Source of the DNA: a virus
Taxonomy: Duplodnaviria; Caudoviricetes
Length of the DNA: 63,059 bases
Direction: 5' to 3' (one strand)
IMG/VR virus record: IMGVR_UViG_3300025879_000020
Location: 1-63,059 of that record
Below the pieces are notes generated by a model. That model saw only the letters and a program-made list of their open reading frames with translations. It was not told where the DNA came from and made no database searches. Numbering within the stretch: position 1 is the stretch's first letter; every line of letters starts with the position of its first letter. Positions 52,555 through 61,409 of the stretch are shown here, in pieces. A program made the position numbers and the translations under genes.

Positions 52555-52997
52555 ACACCGCTGGTAAACTTATGCCACTCGATGATATTACGGATGGTTT
52601 GGTGTCGCCATTTCAAAGTGTCCATAATTTCAGTGAGAGTAGCGATTATCTCTGTAACCAAATCTATCTTAGCCGATAGCTCTTGGAGGTCTTGGTCTTC
52701 TTTAAAGTAATGCTCTACTTCACCCTTCAGGATTTTGATCCCGTCGGTTGGGTCGGGGTTCCAGCCAAGGCGATTAACCTCGTCCACTGACATGCGACCC
52801 ATATAGTATCTATACTTCTTAGATTGCATCATTTCGAGCTGCGTCTCGAAGTAACGCCTTTCTAACTTAGACTTGGTTAGCATCTCGAGGTATTTGGCAT
52901 GTAGCTTCGCCGTATTACGAGAGCTCTCATCAAGTTTTAGCTGATCGATCTCAGTTTCTTGTTTCCATTCTTCAAGGATCTTTTCAATTTTATACAT
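52551..52997 (-). CDS. uvsY: Recombination mediator UvsY
   Basis: LH.KYL, YY.G, I.N.IEW.KF..G. Confidence 0.85.
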   Translation of the reverse strand: MYKIEKILEEWKQETEIDQLKLDESSRNTAKLHAKYLEMLTKSKLERRYFETQLEMMQSKKYRYYMGRMSVDEVNRLGWNPDPTDGIKILKGEVEHYFKEDQDLQELSAKIDLVTEIIATLTEIMDTLKWRHQTIRNIIEWHKFTSGV

Positions 52998-53012
52998 AAT
53001 GTCTCCATAGTG

Positions 53013-53474
53013 TTACTCAATAGTGATGTCAGTGAACCTCATTGTAACATCAGCAGTAAGGTAGTTAGTACCAGTTTCAGCAGAGGAAAACTGGAGGCTA
53101 CCTATAGAAGTCGGGAATGCGTTATGAAACCTAAACGTCTTCGCCTTGTTGTTATGGGAAGTAGTTATAACAACCGAGACATCCGACATATATTCCGAAA
53201 GTTGGGTTCCGTTAGTTACACAGTCCCTCATCCAATTATAGACCTCGATATAACCTTCCATGTCCTCGTCTATCATGATACTTATAGTTAGACCAGAAAA
53301 GGAAATCTTATCTCCGAGCAACGGGACGTTAGTATACCGAAACCCTGTTTCTGATTCTTGTACGGTGATATCCGGAATCGTTACCCCTCTACAGAAGAAC
53401 TGTACGTTGGGCAATCGTTCAATCATCAACCGATACGAAGTTGGGTCTATGTAGTTAATGTTATCTGGGTTCAT
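53013..53474 (-). CDS. 3: Tail completion protein gp3
   Basis: PNVQFFC...IP, IDEDM..Y.E.Y.W, F..AFPTS. Confidence 0.85.
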   Translation of the reverse strand: MNPDNINYIDPTSYRLMIERLPNVQFFCRGVTIPDITVQESETGFRYTNVPLLGDKISFSGLTISIMIDEDMEGYIEVYNWMRDCVTNGTQLSEYMSDVSVVITTSHNNKAKTFRFHNAFPTSIGSLQFSSAETGTNYLTADVTMRFTDITIE

Positions 53475-53492
53475 GATAATACTCGCTTCGTT

Positions 53493-53521
53493 ATTATACC
53501 TTTATTTATACGAAAAGTAAA
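53493..53521 (-). promoter_or_regulatory. Early promoter with a late promoter nested in its spacer
   Basis: TTTACT-N17-TATAAT; TATAAATA at 53503-53510. Confidence 0.7.
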
Positions 53522-53526
53522 GGGCG

Positions 53527-53553
53527 AAAAAAAGGGGGATCCGAAGATCCCCC
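53527..53553 (-). terminator. Rho-independent terminator after gp23
   Basis: GGGGGATC-TTCG-GATCCCCC-T7. Confidence 0.9.
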
Positions 53554-53590
53554 AAAGACTTAACTAACTATAGAGTTATTATTATAAGTC

Positions 53591-54916
53591 TTATGCAGCA
53601 GCCATTACGTTCTTCACACCGAAGATACGGAAGTACTGGTTAGCACGATCAGTACCAAGCTCAGAAGCGCCAGCGCCACCCGCAAATGGGTTTGCAACCA
53701 TGCCGTAACGAGTCTTGAAGCCAATCTTAGGCTGGAAAGTCTGCTCGCCAACTGCTTTAACCATAGTCAATGGAACGTATGGGCAGTAGAACATACCAGC
53801 GTCGTAAGGGTTAGCACCACGGTAACCAACAGTCACGTAGTTGATAGTTGCATAAGGATCGATGTAGACCTTCATGCGACCGTTCAATACACCAGCGAAA
53901 GTGTTGCCAGTGTCATCAACGTTCAAGTTGGTAGCCAAAGCGGGAGTGTAGTCCAGAAGACCAGCAGCTGCCAAAGCAGAAGCAACGTCAGAAGAACAGA
54001 TGATGAAGTTACCCTTGCCACGACGAGTGTCTTTAGCAATTGCGTTAGCTTCAAGTTCGATCTTCATGATCAGAGCCTTGTACTTCTCAACAGACCAACG
54101 ACCATCGGTGTCAGCGTCAAGATCGAATAGACCAGCTTTAGCGCCAGTACCTGCGCCAGCAGCAGCAAGTTTAGCTTTCTGGTTTACAGTACGAACCACT
54201 TCACGGTTGATTTCAGCCAAGATCTCTGCAGACAGGATGTTAGCCAACTCAGTTTCAGCGTCCAGACCGTGAACGTTTTTCAGGTCTTGAGCCAATTCCA
54301 TGGTGTACTCAGCTTTCAACGCACGAGTCTTAGCAGTTACGCTAGTACGCTCGATTGAGAACGCCATTTCCTGGAAGTTGTTACCGCCCATGCCGAGCTG
54401 TTCGCCAGCAGCAGTACCCATACCACGACCAACACCGAATGCAGCGTCAACATCAACGTCACCGTCGGTGTTGCCGTCAGCGAAGTCAGCGTCAAGAGAT
54501 GAGCTGTTACCGCCGTGAGCAGAAGTGCCAGTAGAAGCAACGCCAGAGAAGCCAGTGTTAGCTTCGCCGAATAGAGCTTCGCCGCCAGACTGAGTATCGT
54601 AATGAGATTTCATTGCGAAGATCAGACCAGTAGGCTGAGTCATAGGCTGAACGCCAGCGATGTCGTATGCCATTAGGTTAGGCATAGCACGACGCACGAG
54701 GCTGATCAACACAGGGTCGAAGCCAACAGCGCCGCCAGCTACGTTAGTTGTTTCAGTCATGAAAGACTGCTGAGCACGCTCTTCTTGAAGGGCTTTCTCA
54801 GTGTTTTCGAGTAACTGAGCAGTTACAGCTTTACGGTGAGCGTCAGCAATAGGAGCCGCACCTTCAGCTTCGAGGACCGGAGTCCACTTTTCGTTTAATT
54901 TTTCGTTACCAAACAT
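53591..54916 (-). CDS. 23: Major capsid protein gp23
   Basis: GVQPM..PTGLIFAM, ELAQDLK.VHGLDAE, YCPYVPL, GFKTRYG. Confidence 0.98.
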   Translation of the reverse strand: MFGNEKLNEKWTPVLEAEGAAPIADAHRKAVTAQLLENTEKALQEERAQQSFMTETTNVAGGAVGFDPVLISLVRRAMPNLMAYDIAGVQPMTQPTGLIFAMKSHYDTQSGGEALFGEANTGFSGVASTGTSAHGGNSSSLDADFADGNTDGDVDVDAAFGVGRGMGTAAGEQLGMGGNNFQEMAFSIERTSVTAKTRALKAEYTMELAQDLKNVHGLDAETELANILSAEILAEINREVVRTVNQKAKLAAAGAGTGAKAGLFDLDADTDGRWSVEKYKALIMKIELEANAIAKDTRRGKGNFIICSSDVASALAAAGLLDYTPALATNLNVDDTGNTFAGVLNGRMKVYIDPYATINYVTVGYRGANPYDAGMFYCPYVPLTMVKAVGEQTFQPKIGFKTRYGMVANPFAGGAGASELGTDRANQYFRIFGVKNVMAAA

Positions 54917-54937
54917 TTTTGATTCTCCTAATGGAAA

Positions 54938-56098
54938 TTACTTAGATTTTAGGGCTTTCAGGTACGCAGCCATAGATGGGCTATGAATCTGCTCTTTGGT
55001 ACCCTCTTGAAGTTCTTCTTGGATGTCAGCGTTTTTAACTTTAAAGTAAGACTCTTTGACGGTTTGTACCTTATCAGTAAAGGTTTCAATATCGTCAAAG
55101 TCTAGGTTCTCAGTCAAGGAACGTAACTTTTCAACTTCGGTTTCTGCCATACCAACAGTTGCTTCACGAATAATATCTTCGCGAGCAAAGTTAGCGACTT
55201 TTTCAGTTAACTCGATGTTCTCGCCGATAGCTTTGTTGAGGTTTTCCTCAAGCTCTTCGTTAGCAGCAGCAAGTTCGTCTACCAAGTCAACCTTAGTTTC
55301 TGGTACTTCGATGTAGTTTTCAACGAAAACAGTTTGAAGCTGGTTGATGAAGTTTTCAGCGATGCTGGCACGTAGACCATTATTAATCGCAACTTCGTTT
55401 TGCTCCATCCAGTTCTCAACCACGTAGTTTAAGTATCCGTCTACTTTTTCTACAAGATCGCTATGTACGGTTTCTACTTGCTGAGCAAGCTTCTCTTCGT
55501 AGCTCTCTTCCAGTTTTTCGATTTCGGCAGAAAGTTTAGATTTAACAGCAGCTTCAAAGATAACGGCAGCTTTGTCTTTGAAACCTTCAGTCAGGTCAGC
55601 TTCTTCAGAGACAAGGGCATCCAAGTCTTCTTCAAAGTTAAACTTAACTTCTGGCTCAACAGATTCAGCAACAGCTTCTTCTTCAACTACTACTTCTTCA
55701 GACATAACCTTAGTGTAGGCTGTCGTCAAGTCGTCTTTGCTCATTTCAGACAAAGTGTCGAACATAGCTTTCATCATACCAGCTTTAGTAGTAGGCACTT
55801 CTGCTGATTCTTTAGCCATCTTCTTAGACTCAGTTTTCTTCTTAGACTCGGCAGGCTCTTCGTCCTCATCCCCGTCTTCGTCGTCTTCGTCATCTTCTTC
55901 GTCATCATCGTCGTCCTCGACTTCGCCCTCTTCGTCGTCTACTTCGACTTCGGCTTCTTTTTCTTCAGCCTTTTTCTTAGCAGCTTCGGAGAGTTCCTCG
56001 TCAACTTCAACGTCTTCAGCAACTGTTTCCAATTGCTCTTCATTGATGTCTTCAATGAGATCAACTTCTTGATCTTGAATTTCTTCAGACATGTTCAC
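54938..56098 (-). CDS. 22: Prohead core scaffold gp22
   Basis: IFEAAV, VDGYLNYVVE.W; acidic N-terminus. Confidence 0.92.
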   Translation of the reverse strand: MNMSEEIQDQEVDLIEDINEEQLETVAEDVEVDEELSEAAKKKAEEKEAEVEVDDEEGEVEDDDDDEEDDEDDEDGDEDEEPAESKKKTESKKMAKESAEVPTTKAGMMKAMFDTLSEMSKDDLTTAYTKVMSEEVVVEEEAVAESVEPEVKFNFEEDLDALVSEEADLTEGFKDKAAVIFEAAVKSKLSAEIEKLEESYEEKLAQQVETVHSDLVEKVDGYLNYVVENWMEQNEVAINNGLRASIAENFINQLQTVFVENYIEVPETKVDLVDELAAANEELEENLNKAIGENIELTEKVANFAREDIIREATVGMAETEVEKLRSLTENLDFDDIETFTDKVQTVKESYFKVKNADIQEELQEGTKEQIHSPSMAAYLKALKSK

Positions 56099-56111
56099 TC
56101 CTTACAAAGTG

Positions 56112-56762
56112 TTAAAGTTTCGAGAGGAAATCTTGGAACACACGGATCTGGGCTTCAGCCAAGTCCGCTTTAGATGCTCTTTTGATCTCAGTCTCATACT
56201 TTTCAATTTCTTGCGCTTTGAGAATACCGTTATCCCAAACCCAATCCACACCTTCCATGATGCCATTTACAAAGGCTTCTGGTGCGCTGGGGTCTTGTAC
56301 GATGTCGACAGTAGAAAGCATAAAATCTTCCTTAACGTACATCGCACCTTCGCGACGCTCAAGACTACCCATACCACGACTTGAGACGCCTAACTGACAT
56401 CCGCCATCGACAAGACCCTTTACGATCTTACCCATAGGAGTATCCAGTATCAACGCCTTCCCGATCACATTAGAGCCTTCAATACGAAGGTCGGTAATGC
56501 GATGCGAAACTTTATCTAGGTTTACAGTTGGACCATCTGGGTGGTTTAGTTCCCCAACTGCACGACCTTTCTTAACTTGTTCGTTTACATATTTTTCTAC
56601 TGCAGGACCCAAAACCGACATGGGGTAAACACGACCATTGCGGTTTTTCTTATCGCCCTGCATAAAGATACCTTCTATATATACCTTCTTTTCGCCCTTT
56701 TCGGTGGCTTCGGTAATATAGCTTAGATTTATATCTTCATTGTGTTCTGTTATTAGCTTCAT
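56112..56762 (-). CDS. 21: Prohead protease gp21
   Basis: NRNGRVY, GELNHP, GVSSRG.GS, DPS. Confidence 0.96.
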   Translation of the reverse strand: MKLITEHNEDINLSYITEATEKGEKKVYIEGIFMQGDKKNRNGRVYPMSVLGPAVEKYVNEQVKKGRAVGELNHPDGPTVNLDKVSHRITDLRIEGSNVIGKALILDTPMGKIVKGLVDGGCQLGVSSRGMGSLERREGAMYVKEDFMLSTVDIVQDPSAPEAFVNGIMEGVDWVWDNGILKAQEIEKYETEIKRASKADLAEAQIRVFQDFLSKL

Positions 56763-56763
56763 C

Positions 56764-56997
56764 TTACTTACCCATTAGGTCGGCGAATTCTTTGGCAGAA
56801 GCTTCTGCTTCTTTTTCCGACTTATATTCGTCTAACTTGGTGCCGTCGATGTAGACCATAAACTTGGAGCCTTTCTTGGTAATCAAGGCATCGACCTTTG
56901 ATTTACCAACGGTAAACTCTTTGACCTTTTTCTCTCCAGAAGGGACTTTAGTCTTCGCTTCCGAGAGATTCGTCATCAGTTGCTTGAATGTCAACAT
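56764..56997 (-). CDS. Prohead core protein (gp68-like)
   Basis: Synteny; MLTFKQLMTNLSE start. Confidence 0.6.
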   Translation of the reverse strand: MLTFKQLMTNLSEAKTKVPSGEKKVKEFTVGKSKVDALITKKGSKFMVYIDGTKLDEYKSEKEAEASAKEFADLMGK

Positions 56998-57169
56998 CGT
57001 CCTCACCTGTAGTTGCGTTATAAATCGAGGCAGCAACGTCGATCCGCTTACTGTCCAGTGCTGCGGAAACCTTCGTTGCCATCACAGCATCAAAGGTTGC
57101 TTTCGTCGCTTCATCGTCGCCCGTTTGAAGGGCTGAAATTAAATCAGTAACATTGCTCATAATAATCAC
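56948..57169 (-). CDS. Prohead core protein (gp67-like)
   Basis: Synteny after the portal gene; acidic tail. Confidence 0.6.
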   Translation of the reverse strand: MIIMSNVTDLISALQTGDDEATKATFDAVMATKVSAALDSKRIDVAASIYNATTGEDDVDIQATDDESLGSED

Positions 57170-57181
57170 CTTTTATACACT

Positions 57182-57189
57182 TATTTATA
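57182..57189 (-). promoter_or_regulatory. T4 late promoter
   Basis: TATAAATA upstream of the gp67-like gene. Confidence 0.8.
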
Positions 57190-57201
57190 CTAAAGTGGTT
57201 T

Positions 57202-58692
57202 TTAGAAGTCGACGTCTTCGTCGTCTCCGTAAGTACCTTTCTCGTCTTCAATCTGCTTGTCGATTTCTTCCATCTCTTCGTCAGACTGCATCAAGATATT
57301 TCGACGAACATACTCAACAGAGTAGTATTTACCCACATATTCGTCAAGCTCACGTAACGTATTCACTCGTTCGCGAAGAATCTCGGCTTCTTTCAATTCA
57401 GCAAAGTAAGATTCCTGCTGATAGTCTACATTGATATCAGAACGCATCCAATGCCAATCATCACGAGTAGCGATACCCTTTAAGATCAACTGGACCTTTA
57501 GCGCCTGATAGAACATGTCCGAGAACTTGTTACGCAGTTTAGAAACGAAGCGTGCAAACTTAACTTCGTCTCGAGTAATCTCTGATGTACGACCCAAGCT
57601 GAATTGCGCTTCTTGCTCTAAACGATTTAACGGAACGTTCAGCGCCTTATACAACTTCTTCTGGAAGTACATAATGTCGTCAATCTGACCAAGGTTCTCA
57701 CCGCCAGGAAGGGTAGTGATCTCAGTTCCACGACCACCCTCTCGACGAGGTAACCAGAAGTCTTCTAGCATCGACATATGCGAACGATCGTCTGAGACTT
57801 CGCCCGACTGAGCATCGTAAACCATTTTGTTACGATAGTTGTTCATAATAGAACGAAGGTATTCTTCAGCCTTACCTTTCGGCAGGTTACCAACGTCAAT
57901 ATAGAAAACTCGACGCTCTGGCGCACGAGACATACGATAAATCACCAACGCATCTTCCATCATACGAAGTTGATTGGCTGGCTTCATAGCCTTATCTAAG
58001 TAAGAAACTACACGATCCTTTTGCGGCGATAGTAGCCCAGAAGGAACATAGATAATAGAGTCTTTTGAGATCTTCAAACCTTGACCAGATTTGTTCAACC
58101 CAGAATCTTGATAAATGTAATACTCTTCGATCCCCTTGACTATAGCTGCGCCAGTCTTAGGATCCTTTTCTTCAAACACTTCTTTTACTTTACGGATTCT
58201 TGTTGGGTCGATTGGACGCAACTCTAGAATACCTTTCTTGGGTGACTTCTCGTCAATTACAATATGGAAGTATAACCGCCCGTCCACGTACCAACGTCGG
58301 AATAGGTCGTGCGCATTATTCTTAAAGTTTAAGAGAGATAGAATATTATCAAACTCTTCTCGAATCATCTTCTTGATACGGTCTGGTTGATCTAACCGAT
58401 CAAGCGCCAATTCGAGGGCAGTACCATCATCATCAATTACAATAGACTCATTAACTATATCTTCGATAGCAGCGTCGACTTCTGGATGTTGAGCAACCTC
58501 ACGATACTTTTTGATAAGCTCGTTTTCGTTTTTGGCTTGTCCGCCAGACATGTCAAGGTATTGACCAAAATGTCCACCAGCTTTAATAACGCCAGCACCG
58601 TCGTCTTCCATCGGTGCTACAAAAGAACGCTTCCTTTCGTTTTCTTTAGAATCGTCCTTTCGTTTTATCTCAAACCCAAATAATTCAGCCAT
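57202..58692 (-). CDS. 20: Portal protein gp20
   Basis: WYVDGR, RAPERRVFYIDVGN, EDFWLPRR. Confidence 0.97.
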   Translation of the reverse strand: MAELFGFEIKRKDDSKENERKRSFVAPMEDDGAGVIKAGGHFGQYLDMSGGQAKNENELIKKYREVAQHPEVDAAIEDIVNESIVIDDDGTALELALDRLDQPDRIKKMIREEFDNILSLLNFKNNAHDLFRRWYVDGRLYFHIVIDEKSPKKGILELRPIDPTRIRKVKEVFEEKDPKTGAAIVKGIEEYYIYQDSGLNKSGQGLKISKDSIIYVPSGLLSPQKDRVVSYLDKAMKPANQLRMMEDALVIYRMSRAPERRVFYIDVGNLPKGKAEEYLRSIMNNYRNKMVYDAQSGEVSDDRSHMSMLEDFWLPRREGGRGTEITTLPGGENLGQIDDIMYFQKKLYKALNVPLNRLEQEAQFSLGRTSEITRDEVKFARFVSKLRNKFSDMFYQALKVQLILKGIATRDDWHWMRSDINVDYQQESYFAELKEAEILRERVNTLRELDEYVGKYYSVEYVRRNILMQSDEEMEEIDKQIEDEKGTYGDDEDVDF

Positions 58693-58768
58693 TTTTCACC
58701 TGCTATTGAAGATATAGCTAGGAGGGGACGAATCCCCCCCAAGCCATTCAGTTAACTAATACTAAGAT

Positions 58769-58776
58769 TATTTATA
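58769..58776 (-). promoter_or_regulatory. T4 late promoter
   Basis: TATAAATA upstream of gp20. Confidence 0.8.
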
Positions 58777-58780
58777 CCGC

Positions 58781-59302
58781 TTATGAAGTGGTATTAGATT
58801 CCCAGTATTGTACTTGCATCTCAACGGTGAACTCTTCGATAGTGTTTTCGCTATCGTAAGAAACTTCGATTGCCGATACGTTAGTTGGGAAACAACCACG
58901 GAAATCGTATTTCTTAACCGCAGAACCATCTTTATCAAGCTGCTCAACAGCAAGGTCAGCCATATAAGAAATCGGGTTAGTTAGACCGTCGTTCGAAGTA
59001 TGCCCGTTGATGGTGTTCATCCAACGCTCCATCGGATCACGAATAGAGAAGTTCGTGTCGTTGATGATAGTAATAGTCCAAGGTTCGAACGTGCGGTCGC
59101 CAGCAATTTGAAGCTGACGTCCACGGAACGGAATAGTAATTGGAGCAATGATTGATGCTGGCAGCTGAGCTGCTTTACACATAAACGATGCCAATTCTAC
59201 TGGACCACCTACTGGACCAAAGTTTACAGTAGCTTTGAAGAGGTTAGCACGAGCGCCACCACCTGTCAGCTTACCTTTAAAGTCGTCAATTCGTAGTGCC
59301 AT
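58781..59302 (-). CDS. 19: Tail tube protein gp19
   Basis: GGARANLF, FRGR...AGDRTF..W, IEEFTV. Confidence 0.95.
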   Translation of the reverse strand: MALRIDDFKGKLTGGGARANLFKATVNFGPVGGPVELASFMCKAAQLPASIIAPITIPFRGRQLQIAGDRTFEPWTITIINDTNFSIRDPMERWMNTINGHTSNDGLTNPISYMADLAVEQLDKDGSAVKKYDFRGCFPTNVSAIEVSYDSENTIEEFTVEMQVQYWESNTTS

Positions 59303-59307
59303 TGTTA

Positions 59308-61338
59308 TTAACCCCCAACGATTTCTGAGAACTCAACGCCAGTACGAGTGGCAATGAAATTCAATGTGATGAAGTTAATCGAGCGTGCAGGCTTGATGTA
59401 GATATCGGCTACGAAACGGTTAGTATCGATTACCTGACCAGTGTTGTTAGTCTCGTCACAAACAACCAAGAAGTCAGTGATACCACGACGACCCTGTACG
59501 TCACGAAGGAAGGGTTCTACCAGATTGCGGAACTGCGCACGGGTGAACTCGTCGTTATATTCGAAGAGCGAGAAGCGAGAAGATTTCGCAATTGCTTTTT
59601 CGAGAACGATAAACAGGCGACGAACGTTAATGCGGTCAAACGCAGAAGGTTTGGCAAGTGCGGTCTTGTCACCGAACAGAACAGTACCTTCTCCTGGGAA
59701 CGAAACAAGAGGGTTGACACGAGCTTTGTAAAGCGTATCACGCTCAGCTTGCTTAGGATTCCAAGCGAGTTTAACAACACCACGAAGCTGACCACGGTTC
59801 AGACCAGCTGGCGAGAACCAAGCGTCTGCAACGTTATCTGTGTTAGCACACAGACCAGCAATCGTACCTGCTGATGAGATCCAACGATATGTGTCGTTGT
59901 ACTTGTCGTAAACGTAGATAGCGCCTGAATCAAACACACCATAAGAAGATGAGTTGATCGCATCAGCCCACTCTTTAACAGAGTCTACGTCACGAGCAGA
60001 GATTGGAGGAGAAACAAATGCCACAGCATCTTTACGACTTTCAGCAACTTCAATTACTGCCTGCGCATCAGCAGAAGCAAGTGAAGAACCGATAATCAGG
60101 TTTACGTCCAGAGTATCAGCGTCGTTAAAGATATCGTAACCAGCTCCAGTATCATTGCTGTCGGCGATAGTGTTAGCACCACCAGCAAGGGTATAGGATT
60201 TAGCAACAGCGCTTGTAGCAACTTCCGAGTCTTCTTCACCAAACCACAAGTAGTTTGAAGTACCGTTAATAACTTCCGGATAGTAGTTATTGGTACCATC
60301 TTCTTTCTTAGCGCCTTCAACAGTAGAAAGGTATGCGAACGTTTCTAGTACAGTGTTAGCCGTACCAGTGAAGCTGCCGTTAGTGTCGAGAACAACGATG
60401 TGAATTTCGCCCGCATCAGGTGCAGTGTCGAACAAACCAGCGAAGTCTTCGAAAGAAGTGTGAGAGAATGAAGTTGAGTTAGCAACGATAACCTCAATAG
60501 AGTTACCGACTTCACCAGGACAGCGTGCAATCCAAGCACCTGCACCAGCCAAAACCAGAGACTCGTAGTGATCTTCGTTCTTAACAAGCAAACCAGCGGA
60601 AGCAACGGTAGCTGTACCAGTGGCAGAGCCAGTGATTGATACAGTAGGAGCAGAAGTATAGCCAGAACCGCCATTGGTTACTGTAACACTTTCTACGCCA
60701 AGGTCGATATCCACGGACAGACCAGTACCTGCGCCAACTTCAAGTAGGACACCAGTGAGACCAGCAGAGATAGCGCCATAAGAACCGCCATCTACAACTT
60801 CGATTCCAGATACGGAACCACCAGTACCGACAGAAGTGATGCGAAGAGAAGCTTCGCGACCAGCGCCGATGTTGAGTACGAGAATATCGCCTACCGAGTA
60901 GTCAGCACCAGCAGCGTCGATTGATGCGTCAACTACTTTAAGAGTAGCTGTCGCAGCTGCGTCAGTACCGCCACCGCCTGTGAAAGACACAGTTGGTAAG
61001 CTAGTGTAAGCCGAACCAGCGCTAGTTACTTCTACTGAAGATACTGCGTCAGTTGCGGATGTTGCGTTTTTGAGTCCAGACGTATTGATACGAGCTACAC
61101 GCAAGTCGTTGCCATAAGACAAAAACTGAGCAGCGTTAAAGAAGAACGGAGCGGTAGCGGAATCAGGTGATCCGAATTTAGCAACCAAATCTTTTTCGCT
61201 TGTAACTTGAACAACTTGTTCTACTGGACCCCATTTGAATGAACCAGCAATAGCACCGATAGAGGTAGATACGGCTGGAACAACATTGGTTAGGTCGATT
61301 TCTTTGACCTGAACTCCAGGGGATACTAGAAAAGCCAT
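59308..61338 (-). CDS. 18: Tail sheath protein gp18
   Basis: SPGV...EIDLT, WFSPAG..RG, FDRINVRRLF. Confidence 0.96.
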   Translation of the reverse strand: MAFLVSPGVQVKEIDLTNVVPAVSTSIGAIAGSFKWGPVEQVVQVTSEKDLVAKFGSPDSATAPFFFNAAQFLSYGNDLRVARINTSGLKNATSATDAVSSVEVTSAGSAYTSLPTVSFTGGGGTDAAATATLKVVDASIDAAGADYSVGDILVLNIGAGREASLRITSVGTGGSVSGIEVVDGGSYGAISAGLTGVLLEVGAGTGLSVDIDLGVESVTVTNGGSGYTSAPTVSITGSATGTATVASAGLLVKNEDHYESLVLAGAGAWIARCPGEVGNSIEVIVANSTSFSHTSFEDFAGLFDTAPDAGEIHIVVLDTNGSFTGTANTVLETFAYLSTVEGAKKEDGTNNYYPEVINGTSNYLWFGEEDSEVATSAVAKSYTLAGGANTIADSNDTGAGYDIFNDADTLDVNLIIGSSLASADAQAVIEVAESRKDAVAFVSPPISARDVDSVKEWADAINSSSYGVFDSGAIYVYDKYNDTYRWISSAGTIAGLCANTDNVADAWFSPAGLNRGQLRGVVKLAWNPKQAERDTLYKARVNPLVSFPGEGTVLFGDKTALAKPSAFDRINVRRLFIVLEKAIAKSSRFSLFEYNDEFTRAQFRNLVEPFLRDVQGRRGITDFLVVCDETNNTGQVIDTNRFVADIYIKPARSINFITLNFIATRTGVEFSEIVGG

Positions 61339-61409
61339 TTGTTATTCCTCATTTGAATTTACAAGACACATTACAAGGTAATTTATATTCACTACCATTA
61401 TTTAGTAAT

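Noticed and set aside
55840-56060. GAC/GAA low-complexity tract
   Set aside because: It encodes the acidic N-terminus expected of the gp22 scaffold
58717-58744. UUCG hairpin between gp19 and gp20 as a terminator
   Set aside because: It has no U-tract and lies downstream of the gp20 late promoter, so it is more likely a leader hairpin
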